This document shows, piece by piece, positions 45,928 through 54,862 of a DNA stretch of 64,000 nt (position 1 is the stretch's first letter; every line of letters begins with the position of its first letter). The DNA comes from Fimbriimonadales bacterium (GTDB lineage Bacteria > Armatimonadota > Fimbriimonadia > Fimbriimonadales > ATM1): positions 21,326 to 85,325 of the forward strand of contig JBPCLO010000027.1 in assembly GCA_051003155.1 (NCBI GenBank), written 5' to 3'. The notes beneath the pieces are model-generated. The model did no database searches and had not been told where the DNA came from. It saw only the letters and a program-made list of their open reading frames with translations. The translations under genes and the position numbers were made by a program.

Positions 45928-46437
45928 ATGAAGTTGAAGATGGTCACTCTGGCGGCAGCCGCAGCGACATTTGCGGGAGCGGCGGCCCAGTCGGTAATTC
46001 CGACACCTCTCGGAATCATGATTCGGGCCGGGATTTTCAACCCCTCGAGCGGATCCGGCGGAGCGTTCGGCGAGAGCTGGTTCACGGCCGGGGTCGAGGT
46101 CGACATCCTGCGTCTCGGAATGGGCGGGCTGAATCCCATGCGCTCTAAGATCACCGTTTCGGTCGACACCTACAGTAAGAGTGGGGCCGCAAGCGTCCCG
46201 GTCCTCGTCAACTACGTTGGCTACATGCAGCGCATCAAGTACTCAGCCGGCATAGGGTTCAGCATCGCGGATCGTCCGGGCCATGACAGCTCGGCCAACT
46301 TCGCATACCAGGTATCGGCCGGCTATGACCTTCCTTGGGCGGGCCTGCCTTTGACTGCGGAGCTGCGCTACTTCGGTGTTCAAGGCGTCGGCACGGCCCT
46401 TGACGGTTTTGCGCTCACGCTCGGTTTCAGGCTGTAG
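45928..46437 (+). CDS. Small outer-membrane beta-barrel protein (OmpW/OmpA-beta-barrel-like)
   Basis: It has a GGAGGA Shine-Dalgarno, the signal peptide MKLKMVTLAAAAATFAGAAAQ, alternating beta-strand patterns and a C-terminal ...ALTLGFRL. Confidence 0.7.
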   Translation: MKLKMVTLAAAAATFAGAAAQSVIPTPLGIMIRAGIFNPSSGSGGAFGESWFTAGVEVDILRLGMGGLNPMRSKITVSVDTYSKSGAASVPVLVNYVGYMQRIKYSAGIGFSIADRPGHDSSANFAYQVSAGYDLPWAGLPLTAELRYFGVQGVGTALDGFALTLGFRL

Positions 46438-46529
46438 TATCCAGAAAGTGGACTGAACATCTGCCGTGAGCCTGCGTTAAAACCTATTGGAGGCGCAGCG
46501 AGTGGGAGATCACATTAGGAGCACGGGAA

Positions 46530-47128
46530 TTGTCGCGAGGCGACGCTAATCCGGGTGGGGACGAGAGCATCATTCAGCGGTGTCAGACCACGGCCCGGAC
46601 GCCTTCGGCTTGCTGATCGACCGATACGCCGCGCGGGTATTCGGCTTCGTTTCGCGCACGGTGCGGGACCGCGACGACGCCGAAGACATCGCGCAGGAGG
46701 TCTTCGTTCGAGCGTTTCAGAGCCCGGGAAGGTTCGATGACCGGGCCTCCTATCTAACCTGGCTCTTCAAGATCGCAACGAACTTAAGCGTCGACCGCGC
46801 GCGGAAGATGGGCCGAGGGCCGGCGTTTGTGTCCTTTGGGAATGACGCAGATTCTCATCGAGCATCCGCAATTTCCGATGTGCACGCGGACCCGGAGAGC
46901 CGGGCCATCGTCGGAGAGATGGAGTCGGCGATCAAGGCCGCTATTTCCGGTCTTTCAGACAAGCTGCGAACAACGCTCCTGTTGCATGACCTCGAACGAC
47001 AATCGTACGAGGAAATTGCCGAGATACGGGAAGTGCCGGTCGGTACAGTGTAATCTCGCCTCTTCCAGGCTAGGACGCGGCTTCAGGAAGCGATCGCAGA
47101 TTACATAAACGAGGAGGGAGGGAAATGA
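46530..47128 (+). pseudogene. ECF-type RNA polymerase sigma-70 factor with a premature in-frame TAA (47051) and a probable N-terminal frameshift (about 46586)
   Basis: The intact ORF is 46580-47053 (DAEDIAQEVFVRAF, YLTWLFKIATNLSVDRARK, QSYEEIAEIREVPVGTV). After the TAA the same frame continues SRLFQARTRLQEAI... to a TGA that overlaps the anti-sigma ATG. Confidence 0.75.
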
Positions 47129-47580
47129 TTCGTGAACTCCTGCGAAAGATCGAGAAAGGATTATCGCTGACTGAGGAAGAGGTGGCAATGGTCGAGAAAA
47201 TCATGGCCGAGGAGGAACAAGAAATCGACCTCAACAGTCTCCTGTCCGAGCAACACCCAGGCGAGATCTGGAGGCGCGAGCTCGACGCAAGAATCGACGA
47301 TATTACACGGAAGCGGCGACTTTGGGGGAGGCCGCAGGTTCGCTTGGCGCTCTCAGGGGCGTTGGCGGCAGCGGCCGTCGCCGCATTTGTTCTCATGGCC
47401 AGGGGCCGCTTCGAAGCCCCTGGGCCGGAGCAAATGCTTCAGTGGCACGAGGAGGCGGTGGCGTCCACGCTCCTTCCAGGTGACGGCGCCAACCTCGGCG
47501 CATTCTCGACGATGCCGTGCCAGCCCGTGCCGGGCGACAAGAACGACCCGCTCTGCGACGGATCGTTACTCTCGCTATGA
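47125..47580 (+). CDS. Putative anti-sigma factor (single-pass membrane protein)
   Basis: The call rests on its position directly after the ECF sigma gene, a central TM helix (LALSGALAAAAVAAFVL) and an ATGA overlap with the downstream RseB-like gene. It has no recognisable zinc-finger motif. Confidence 0.55.
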   Translation: MIRELLRKIEKGLSLTEEEVAMVEKIMAEEEQEIDLNSLLSEQHPGEIWRRELDARIDDITRKRRLWGRPQVRLALSGALAAAAVAAFVLMARGRFEAPGPEQMLQWHEEAVASTLLPGDGANLGAFSTMPCQPVPGDKNDPLCDGSLLSL

Positions 47581-48449
47581 GACCCCTCGCCGTACTGGTT
47601 GTCTCTTATGCGCTTGTAGGTGCGCTCGCCCAAGAAACCGATCCGCGGATTGTCGCGTCCCTCCAGCGCTCGCTCAAGGGGCAGGACGGCCTCAAATATA
47701 GCGGCGAGCGGCATGTAGAACTCGTTGTAGGTGGAGAGAGAAAGGTTCTCATCGAGTACGTTCTGCGCTCCGGCGCGCGCTCGAGAATTACCTACCCTAA
47801 CGACTCGCCGCGCCGTGGATTCGTCATCGTGGAAACGCCTCAGGGACGATGGGAATACGACCCTAAAAGGAACGAAATCCGCGTTTCGAGCCCCAAGCGG
47901 GGCGATTCGCTGCGAATCATGGGAGCACTCGTAAGATCAGCGCAAACCCGCAGGCTCAAAGTGTCTGCATTAGAGCAAGAAATGATCGCAGGCCGCAAAG
48001 CCAGCGGCTATGCTTTCTAAGACTCGAACGGTAACGTCGCTCGCAGGGTCTGGCTGGATGACGAAACGGGCCTCATTCTCAAGGCGGAGCACACGGGCAA
48101 GGTCGGCGAACGGCTCGCAGCTTTCGAGTACGTTCGCGTTAACTATAATCCCGCGATCGAAGCCGACGACTTCGCCCCGCTAACCCGCCAGGGCGCGAGG
48201 GTCGTCACTAATGAGCCACATTTCGATGTGCCGTGGACGGTCCTTGGGCCACAATGGCTCCCCGGCGGCTTCAAGGAAATTCGCCGAGGCATGAGGAAAT
48301 TCAAGGGCAAAGTAATTTTGATGTTGCATTACAGCGACGGCCGCCGGAACTTTACGATCTTCCAGGGCGAAGGCACGAAGACTCCTTCACTGCCCGAAAG
48401 AAATCGACGTGGCGTCTCCCTGCGCTCGAAATCGTATGACGACGTCTGA
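47577..48449 (+). pseudogene. MucB/RseB-like (LolA-fold) periplasmic protein interrupted by an in-frame TAA at 48018-48020
   Basis: The N-terminal ORF (47577-48020) and the 48228-48449 ORF are in the same frame. The stretch between them is open and protein-like (DSNGNVARRVWLDDETGLILKAEH...), matching the RseB pattern lw.D.etgllLk and W..lP.GF...h..YSDG. Confidence 0.7.
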
Positions 48450-48556
48450 TCGACAATCGTTGGGCGTTTGAAACCGGAAACTCTCGACCGCGTCCTGCTG
48501 TCTTTAAAAGGGTAGCCGAAGCGGCAAGGCCGCCCATTGCGCAATAATTACTTAGA

Positions 48557-50917
48557 ATGCCAGGGCCTACACCACCCGTAAAAGGACGGAAAATTTCTCC
48601 CAAGAATCCATGGATGAGGCGCTTCAAGCGCGCCCTCTGGGCGAGTGTCGCGCTCTTGCTCGGCATGTTCATCGCCTTTGGCGCCTATGTGTGGGTTATT
48701 TTCAACTCACTCGATGCAAAGGTTGCGCTGCTCCCCAAGAAGCAAGCCGACCTCCGTCGTAGCCCCACCGAAATACTTTCCGCCGACGGCATCGTCCTGT
48801 GCAGGTTGGCTACGGAAATGCGCGAGCATGTGAGCTATCAAGACATCCCGAAGAGGATCATCAACGCCACGATCGCAGCCGAAGACATTCGCTTCAACCA
48901 GCACAGCGGCGTCGACCTAACGGCCATTGTCCGAGCCATTTGGACAAACTTGAGGTCAGGTTCGGTGAGACAAGGCGGCAGCACAATTACCCAGCAGGTT
49001 GCTAAGAGGCTCCTGACCACCGGTGACCGAACATTTCGCCGAAAGATCGAAGACGCGTGCCTGGCCCTCCAGATAGAGCGCAAATACTCCAAAGAGCAAA
49101 TCATGGAGATCTATCTCAACCAAGTGTACTACGGAGCCCAAGCCTATGGAATCAAGGCAGCTGCAGACGTCTATTTCGGAAGGCCGCTCGATGAGTTGAG
49201 CCTTAGCCAGACCGCCTTGCTTGCGCGCCTGCCACGTCGGCCATCCGACGAAAACCCGTTCGTGGACATGGAGGCCGCCAAGGCAAACCGTGACGTCGTG
49301 CTGCAGATCATGCTCGAAGAAAACATGATCGAGCCCGACGACCAGGATCGAGCGATGAAGGAGAGGGTTCGGCTAGTCTCTGCGAAACCGATCAGAGGGG
49401 TCGGCATCAAACATTCCCCCTACTTCGTTACTTGGGTACTTGAAGCCCTTCGCGACCGTTTTCCGAACGAGGATTATGCGCGTGGCGGCTACAAGGTTTA
49501 CACGACGCTCAATTACAAAGCTCAAGTCGAAGTGGAAGACGCCGTGGAGGCGACGATTCGCCGCAACCGGCACAGACGGGTGACGGAGGGGGCGATGGTC
49601 GTCATAGATACCAACGGCGAGGTCGTCGCCATGGTGGGCGGCCTCGATTTCAACCGCTCTCAATACAACATCATCACCCAGGGGCACCGGCAACCAGGAA
49701 GCTCCTTCAAGCCGTTCGTGTACGCCACGGCCCTGGAACTGGGCACGATCCACCCGAACTCGTCCGTTTCCAACGCGCGGATCGCTTACCGCGACCCAAG
49801 CAGCGGCCGCGTCTGGCGTCCTAAGGGCGGCGGCAGAGGCGGATCCATGAGTCTGCGATCGGCTTTCATCAATTCGGTAAATATTCCAGCTATTCACGTC
49901 AATATCGACGTCGGTCCAGAGAACGTCGCCCGGTTCGCCAAGGATGTGTTCGGTTTTCGCTCCGAACTCTTCCCAGGCCCGGCTCTCGCCCTCGGCTCGA
50001 GCGCTGTCAGCCCGCTGGAAATGGCCCAAGCGTATAGCGTGTTCGCCACAGGTGGAAACCGGGCCACGCCCTACGGTATCCGCCGCGTGGTAGGCCCCGA
50101 GGGCACGATCGTTGCAGACTTCAGGCCCTTGATCGCGCCCAATGTTCTCAGCGGCGGCACGGCAGAAACCCTTCGAGATCTGATGCGCGGAGTAGTGACT
50201 AGCGGTACGGGAACAGCCGCCGGATCCGTGCGCAATGCGTCTGGAAAAACCGGGACGACAAACAGTTATCAGGACGCATGGTTTTGCGGATTTACCGATA
50301 ACTTGATCGGCATCGCCTGGGTGGCAAACGCAACCTACGACCCCGACAGCACGCCGGCCTGGAAATACGGCCGAATGGACGGCGTTATGGGAGGCAAGGT
50401 CTCGGCGGTGATGTGGGCAAACGCGATCGGGCCAGTTCAGCGAATGTTCGACGGCAGGCCAACGCCCGCGAGGAACACCGACGAGGCTCAAATGCTCACC
50501 CAGGACGTAGGTGATACGATTCGAATTCGTGTCTGCAGCGAGTCGGGACTTCGGGCGCGACGGAGCTGCTCTTCGGTTCGCCGCGCGATGGGACGCGACC
50601 AAATTGCGGAGCTCGGATGGTGCGATTTGGGCCACCCCCGCCAAAGCCGGGTCCGTGAGGCTGATCCGAATCCCGAGCCCGATCCTGATCCAGGTCCGCC
50701 CGAAGACGCCGGACCTCCGGATGCTCCAGCACCACCAAATGCTCGAGACGACCCGTCCGCCAGGCCACCCACCGCTAGACGTCCTGCCGCGAACGTCAGC
50801 GTAGAAATTTGCGTCGAAACAGGCTTGCGCGCAACGACGTACTGCCGCCTCAAGCGACTTCAGAAGTTCCGCCGAGACTCGGAGCCGATGGATACCTGCC
50901 ACGTTCATAGACCGTAG
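48557..50917 (+). CDS. Class A penicillin-binding protein (PBP1A-type glycosyltransferase/transpeptidase)
   Basis: The GT51 motifs are AAEDIRFNQHSGVD, GGSTITQQVAKRL and KEQIMEIYLNQVYYG. The transpeptidase motifs are GSSFKPF, SVN and KTGTT. The tail is Pro-rich and Cys-containing. Confidence 0.93.
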   Translation: MPGPTPPVKGRKISPKNPWMRRFKRALWASVALLLGMFIAFGAYVWVIFNSLDAKVALLPKKQADLRRSPTEILSADGIVLCRLATEMREHVSYQDIPKRIINATIAAEDIRFNQHSGVDLTAIVRAIWTNLRSGSVRQGGSTITQQVAKRLLTTGDRTFRRKIEDACLALQIERKYSKEQIMEIYLNQVYYGAQAYGIKAAADVYFGRPLDELSLSQTALLARLPRRPSDENPFVDMEAAKANRDVVLQIMLEENMIEPDDQDRAMKERVRLVSAKPIRGVGIKHSPYFVTWVLEALRDRFPNEDYARGGYKVYTTLNYKAQVEVEDAVEATIRRNRHRRVTEGAMVVIDTNGEVVAMVGGLDFNRSQYNIITQGHRQPGSSFKPFVYATALELGTIHPNSSVSNARIAYRDPSSGRVWRPKGGGRGGSMSLRSAFINSVNIPAIHVNIDVGPENVARFAKDVFGFRSELFPGPALALGSSAVSPLEMAQAYSVFATGGNRATPYGIRRVVGPEGTIVADFRPLIAPNVLSGGTAETLRDLMRGVVTSGTGTAAGSVRNASGKTGTTNSYQDAWFCGFTDNLIGIAWVANATYDPDSTPAWKYGRMDGVMGGKVSAVMWANAIGPVQRMFDGRPTPARNTDEAQMLTQDVGDTIRIRVCSESGLRARRSCSSVRRAMGRDQIAELGWCDLGHPRQSRVREADPNPEPDPDPGPPEDAGPPDAPAPPNARDDPSARPPTARRPAANVSVEICVETGLRATTYCRLKRLQKFRRDSEPMDTCHVHRP

Positions 50918-50918
50918 C

Positions 50919-52697
50919 ATGTCGGCAATCGAACAGCAGCGCGGGCCTCAATTGAACTCGCAAGCATACATCCTGCCGATCACGGTGGGTATTGCGCTTA
51001 TGGGCATCCTTCTCCGGCTCTGGTTCCTCCAAATCTTGCAAGGCGAAGAGCTCGGCCAGCAGGGACTGGAAGGTCGAACTGTGAGCATCTCGGTTCCCCC
51101 ACCACGCGGAGAAATCGTAGACCGGAGAGGGCTTGCTTTGGCGGGCGTGAAGTCGACCCTCGCCCTAATGGTTACTCCTGGGCCAATCATGGACAAGCCA
51201 GAAATCGTTGGCCGACTCGCTCAGATCTGCTCGCTCGACAAGGCGGAACTGATGGGTGACATCAAGGAAAACTCTTACCGCAGATTCCTACCCTTCGTCG
51301 CCAAGCTGGGGATAACCTCCGAGCAGGCCGTTGCGGTCGAGGAGCAGAGAGCGTTCCTACCCGGCGTTTTCGTGAGGCCGGAATCGGTCAGACAGTACCC
51401 CTTTGGTCCGGCATCGGCTCACGTTATCGGATACGTCGGCGTTCCCAACAAGGAGGACGTCCGAAGGCTTTCCGAAGCCAATCGTGGCCTTCCTAGCTTT
51501 GTTGGCAAAGTCGGCGTCGAGCGCGTTTACGATGAGGCGCTGATGGGAATTGCCGGCAAGGATTGGGTCGAAGTGGATTCGCGTGGCAGCCAACTAAGAG
51601 CGCACAACTCGGATCCACCCATCCCCGGGAGCAAGGTTGTGCTGACCATCGACCTCCGGCTGCAGAAGGTCGCCGCGGAGCTCATGGCAGGTAGGAAAGG
51701 CGCGGTTGTCGCCCTCGATCCTCGCAGCGGGGAGATCCTCTGCATGGTCAGCGGGCCCTCGTTCGACCCGAACCTATTCGCTAGGCGAGCACCCCGGAAG
51801 CAGGTTCAGGCGATCCTCCGAAGCGAACTCCAGCCCATGCATGATCGCGCCAGCCGCAGCGCCTACGCCCCCGGCTCTAGTTTCAAAATCGCCACACTCA
51901 TCGGTGGCATCCAGACCGGCACGCTGACGCCGACCACCTCCTATCATTGCGCGGGCGGCCTACGTCTCGGCAGCCGCTTCTTTCGATGTCTAGGCCATCA
52001 CGGCACGATCTCATATGAACGGGCTATGGAGAAGTCGTGCAACGTCTTCTTTGCCCAAGTGGGCCGTAGAGCCCAGGGAGAAGGAATGGCGAAGGCTGCG
52101 ATCGGCCTCGGCCTCGGCGACAAAACTGGGGTTGATCTCCTCGGCGAAAATCCCGGGATTATTCCAAATGAAAAATGGATTAAGGAGCACGAACGAACTT
52201 GGTACCCCGGTGACGCCATCAACATGGCCGTCGGCCAGGGATACGTCGAGGCTACCGCTCTCCAGATGGCGACGTACATCGCGACCGTAGCTAGCCGGGG
52301 CAAAAGGTATCGGCCGCACTTGCTGCGATCCACGATTCCACCGGGGGTCGAGGAGAAGCCGATCCGCTCGAAGCCTGAGCTCTTATCTGAAGTGGAGCTC
52401 AGTGATGACTGGTGGGACCGGATTCATCGAGCGTTGACTCGGGTCGTCCAAAGCGGAACCGCGCGCAGCGCCCAGATAAGCGGGATCACCGTTGCAGGCA
52501 AGACGGGAAGCTCCGAACACCGCCGCGGCAAGTCGTCACATGGTTGGTTTGTCGCTTTCGCTCCTGTGGAGCACCCCCAGATTGCGATCGCGGTTGTGCT
52601 CGAGGCCGGCGGTCATGGTGGATCGGTGGCGGCCCCCGTCGCAAGAGGCGTCATCGAAAAATACCTGCGAAGTAGATCTCAAGAAGCCTCCCGCTGA
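50919..52697 (+). CDS. mrdA: Penicillin-binding protein 2 (elongation transpeptidase)
   Basis: It has an N-terminal TM segment and dimerisation domain, plus PGSSFK, a serine-X-asparagine region, and KTGSSE. Confidence 0.88.
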   Translation: MSAIEQQRGPQLNSQAYILPITVGIALMGILLRLWFLQILQGEELGQQGLEGRTVSISVPPPRGEIVDRRGLALAGVKSTLALMVTPGPIMDKPEIVGRLAQICSLDKAELMGDIKENSYRRFLPFVAKLGITSEQAVAVEEQRAFLPGVFVRPESVRQYPFGPASAHVIGYVGVPNKEDVRRLSEANRGLPSFVGKVGVERVYDEALMGIAGKDWVEVDSRGSQLRAHNSDPPIPGSKVVLTIDLRLQKVAAELMAGRKGAVVALDPRSGEILCMVSGPSFDPNLFARRAPRKQVQAILRSELQPMHDRASRSAYAPGSSFKIATLIGGIQTGTLTPTTSYHCAGGLRLGSRFFRCLGHHGTISYERAMEKSCNVFFAQVGRRAQGEGMAKAAIGLGLGDKTGVDLLGENPGIIPNEKWIKEHERTWYPGDAINMAVGQGYVEATALQMATYIATVASRGKRYRPHLLRSTIPPGVEEKPIRSKPELLSEVELSDDWWDRIHRALTRVVQSGTARSAQISGITVAGKTGSSEHRRGKSSHGWFVAFAPVEHPQIAIAVVLEAGGHGGSVAAPVARGVIEKYLRSRSQEASR

Positions 52698-54862
52698 ATC
52701 GAGTCCAGCCGGATTTCGATCTTCTTGCGAATGTCCACAAGCTTCTCTGCACCGTCGACGGATTCGCCGGCCAGCTTGAACGATCGGGCCTGTTCGACGA
52801 ATTGCTGTAACTCTTCCAGCGTCATTCGCCACTCTAGGGCCACATCCGCGTCGGTTGCTCTGCGCCCGAGCTCTTTGCTCAATGCTTCCCTATCTTCTTC
52901 GACCTGTGTCAGCCCAGTAACCCGCAGGAGTTCCGGCAGCGTCTTGCTTTCGTATTCCCTTAGGATGTCGCGCGCGCCGGATAGCAACGCAATCTCATTT
53001 TTCTTGTCGCCCCTGCCTCCGGCTCGGTTCGCAAGAAAAATGTGGGCGTCTACGGCATCCGTACTGACCAACCACGGCAAAGCCGAAACGGCCTTGGCTT
53101 CGGTCTTGCCCGCGGTGATCAAGTCCTTGGCAGTGGCCTCCGCATTCGCCATGCGGCCATGCTCCACCAAAAAGTCTAGATATTTGCGCAGTGTGTAAGA
53201 GCTCTTGTGCTGCTGAGCCGCGGTCGCATAAGCCTGTCGCGCGTCCTCCAGCTTGCCACTAGCCTCGTACGCTTCGCCAAGCATCAACAAATGCTTCGGT
53301 GTTGGCGCCAGATCCGCAGCTTTGTGCGCGCTGGCAACTGCTTCTTCGGGCCGGCGCATCGCAACGTCGACGCGGGACAACTCCGCGTGTGGCTGAGATG
53401 CCAGAGGGGTGGCAGATACGGCCGATCGCAGACGCCTTTCACCCACCTCGATCCTCCCTTCTCGAAGTGCGTACAGTCCAACCGACATCTGGTACTGCGA
53501 AACCGCGACGACGACAAGGTAATAGAGCGCCGCCAGTGAAATCAGGCCAGCGCCGAGGGCTCGGCTCAGTAGAGGCGCGCGTTCCGGGGCAACCCCATCG
53601 ACGGCGAGCAATAAGCCAATACCCAGAAAAGCGAATAAGGCCGTAGAGAACCCGAAATAGCTGAGGCTCGACTCGACGACCAAGTTGGCGCCCGCAGCGA
53701 CCACCGCAGCCGCAATCCCCACTCGAAGGAGATTGATTTCGGCGGGCAACCCTTCATGCCTGCGCAGCACTGCTACGAACCAAACACCGGCGATAAGGAG
53801 CAGCAAGACGGCCGCTGGAACGCCAGACTCCGCGGCCATCTGCAAGTAGCTGTTGTGGGCGACTACCGAACCCTCGGTCGCCGTGAAATTCTGGATTTCC
53901 TCACCGTATGTCCCTGCGCCCGAGCCGAATGCCGGATAAGCTTGCGCCATTTTGATGGTGTCCTTCCAGAGCTGTTGCCGGAATCCGAAAGACTGCTCCG
54001 CTTCCCGACCAGCCGCCATTAGCCTGCCACCCGCAGCTGATTTCTCCCCGACTGCAGATGCAAGCGACGATATCCCTACGACCAAAAAAGCCGCCAGGGC
54101 GGTGACCAACCCGAGGGCAACAAGATGCCGGCGGCCGAGCAAACGGTGGACGGCCGCAAAGGCGGCAAACGCCAGGAGGCCGACCGCAGCCGCAAGGAGC
54201 CCCCCTTTCGAGGCGGTAAGCCACAGGCCGACGCAGATTAACGAAGAACCCAGAACAAACAGCAGTCTTTCAGCACCCTGCTTCGACGACAACGCGAGAG
54301 CAACCCCGACGGGGAGAACGACGGCGAACAGCCCCGCAACCGCGTTCGGGTTTTGCCAGCCCGCAAAAATGCGCCAATCGGGAGCGATGCGCATCGACCT
54401 CATGAACTCGTTGAGTCCCGACAGAGCCACGAGCGTCGTTCCCACAAAGATAGCGATCAACGCAGACCTCGCCAACGTGCCGCGCCCGAGCAGTAGTACG
54501 CACCCAAACAGGGTGAACAGATACGACGTGTAGCGCGCGAGCTCGAGGATCGATTCGTGCTTAAACCGGCTTCCCATCACCGATATTCCGATCCAGACCC
54601 ACAGGAAAAGCAACAGCGGCGCGATGAGCGGCCCCGGAATCTGCAACACATTCCGCCGGAAGGCGGCAATAGCAACCGCGAGCAAGATGAACGTGGCGAT
54701 CAGCGCGTGGTTCACCGCAGGATTCGTCCGGCTAACGAAAGCCGAGTACCAGAAGTCGGACCCGCTCATGGGCTCCGCGTCGAACAAGACATGACCTCCT
54801 AACCACGGAGCGAGCGCCAGGCCGACGAGCAGGAGAATAGTCGGCAGAGTCGCAGCCTTCAT
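52679..54862 (-). CDS. O-antigen ligase (Wzy_C)-like polytopic membrane protein fused to a C-terminal TPR domain
   Basis: It has at least 10 TM segments with the HNSYLQMAAESGVPA loop typical of Wzy_C/O-antigen ligase. The C-terminal roughly 280 aa are TPR-like helical repeats. Confidence 0.8.
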   Translation of the reverse strand: MKAATLPTILLLVGLALAPWLGGHVLFDAEPMSGSDFWYSAFVSRTNPAVNHALIATFILLAVAIAAFRRNVLQIPGPLIAPLLLFLWVWIGISVMGSRFKHESILELARYTSYLFTLFGCVLLLGRGTLARSALIAIFVGTTLVALSGLNEFMRSMRIAPDWRIFAGWQNPNAVAGLFAVVLPVGVALALSSKQGAERLLFVLGSSLICVGLWLTASKGGLLAAAVGLLAFAAFAAVHRLLGRRHLVALGLVTALAAFLVVGISSLASAVGEKSAAGGRLMAAGREAEQSFGFRQQLWKDTIKMAQAYPAFGSGAGTYGEEIQNFTATEGSVVAHNSYLQMAAESGVPAAVLLLLIAGVWFVAVLRRHEGLPAEINLLRVGIAAAVVAAGANLVVESSLSYFGFSTALFAFLGIGLLLAVDGVAPERAPLLSRALGAGLISLAALYYLVVVAVSQYQMSVGLYALREGRIEVGERRLRSAVSATPLASQPHAELSRVDVAMRRPEEAVASAHKAADLAPTPKHLLMLGEAYEASGKLEDARQAYATAAQQHKSSYTLRKYLDFLVEHGRMANAEATAKDLITAGKTEAKAVSALPWLVSTDAVDAHIFLANRAGGRGDKKNEIALLSGARDILREYESKTLPELLRVTGLTQVEEDREALSKELGRRATDADVALEWRMTLEELQQFVEQARSFKLAGESVDGAEKLVDIRKKIEIRLDSIQREAS

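Noticed and set aside
47051-48020. TAA reassigned as a sense codon
   Set aside because: TAA is used as an ordinary terminator by several intact genes in this window, for example modA (7359-7361), the sugar-binding protein (42608-42610) and the thioredoxin-like gene (44994-44992). Nonsense lesions are the simpler reading.
49373-50920. 515-aa minus-strand ORF opposite PBP1A
   Set aside because: It is a shadow ORF of a clearly real class A PBP gene. It has no recognisable motifs.
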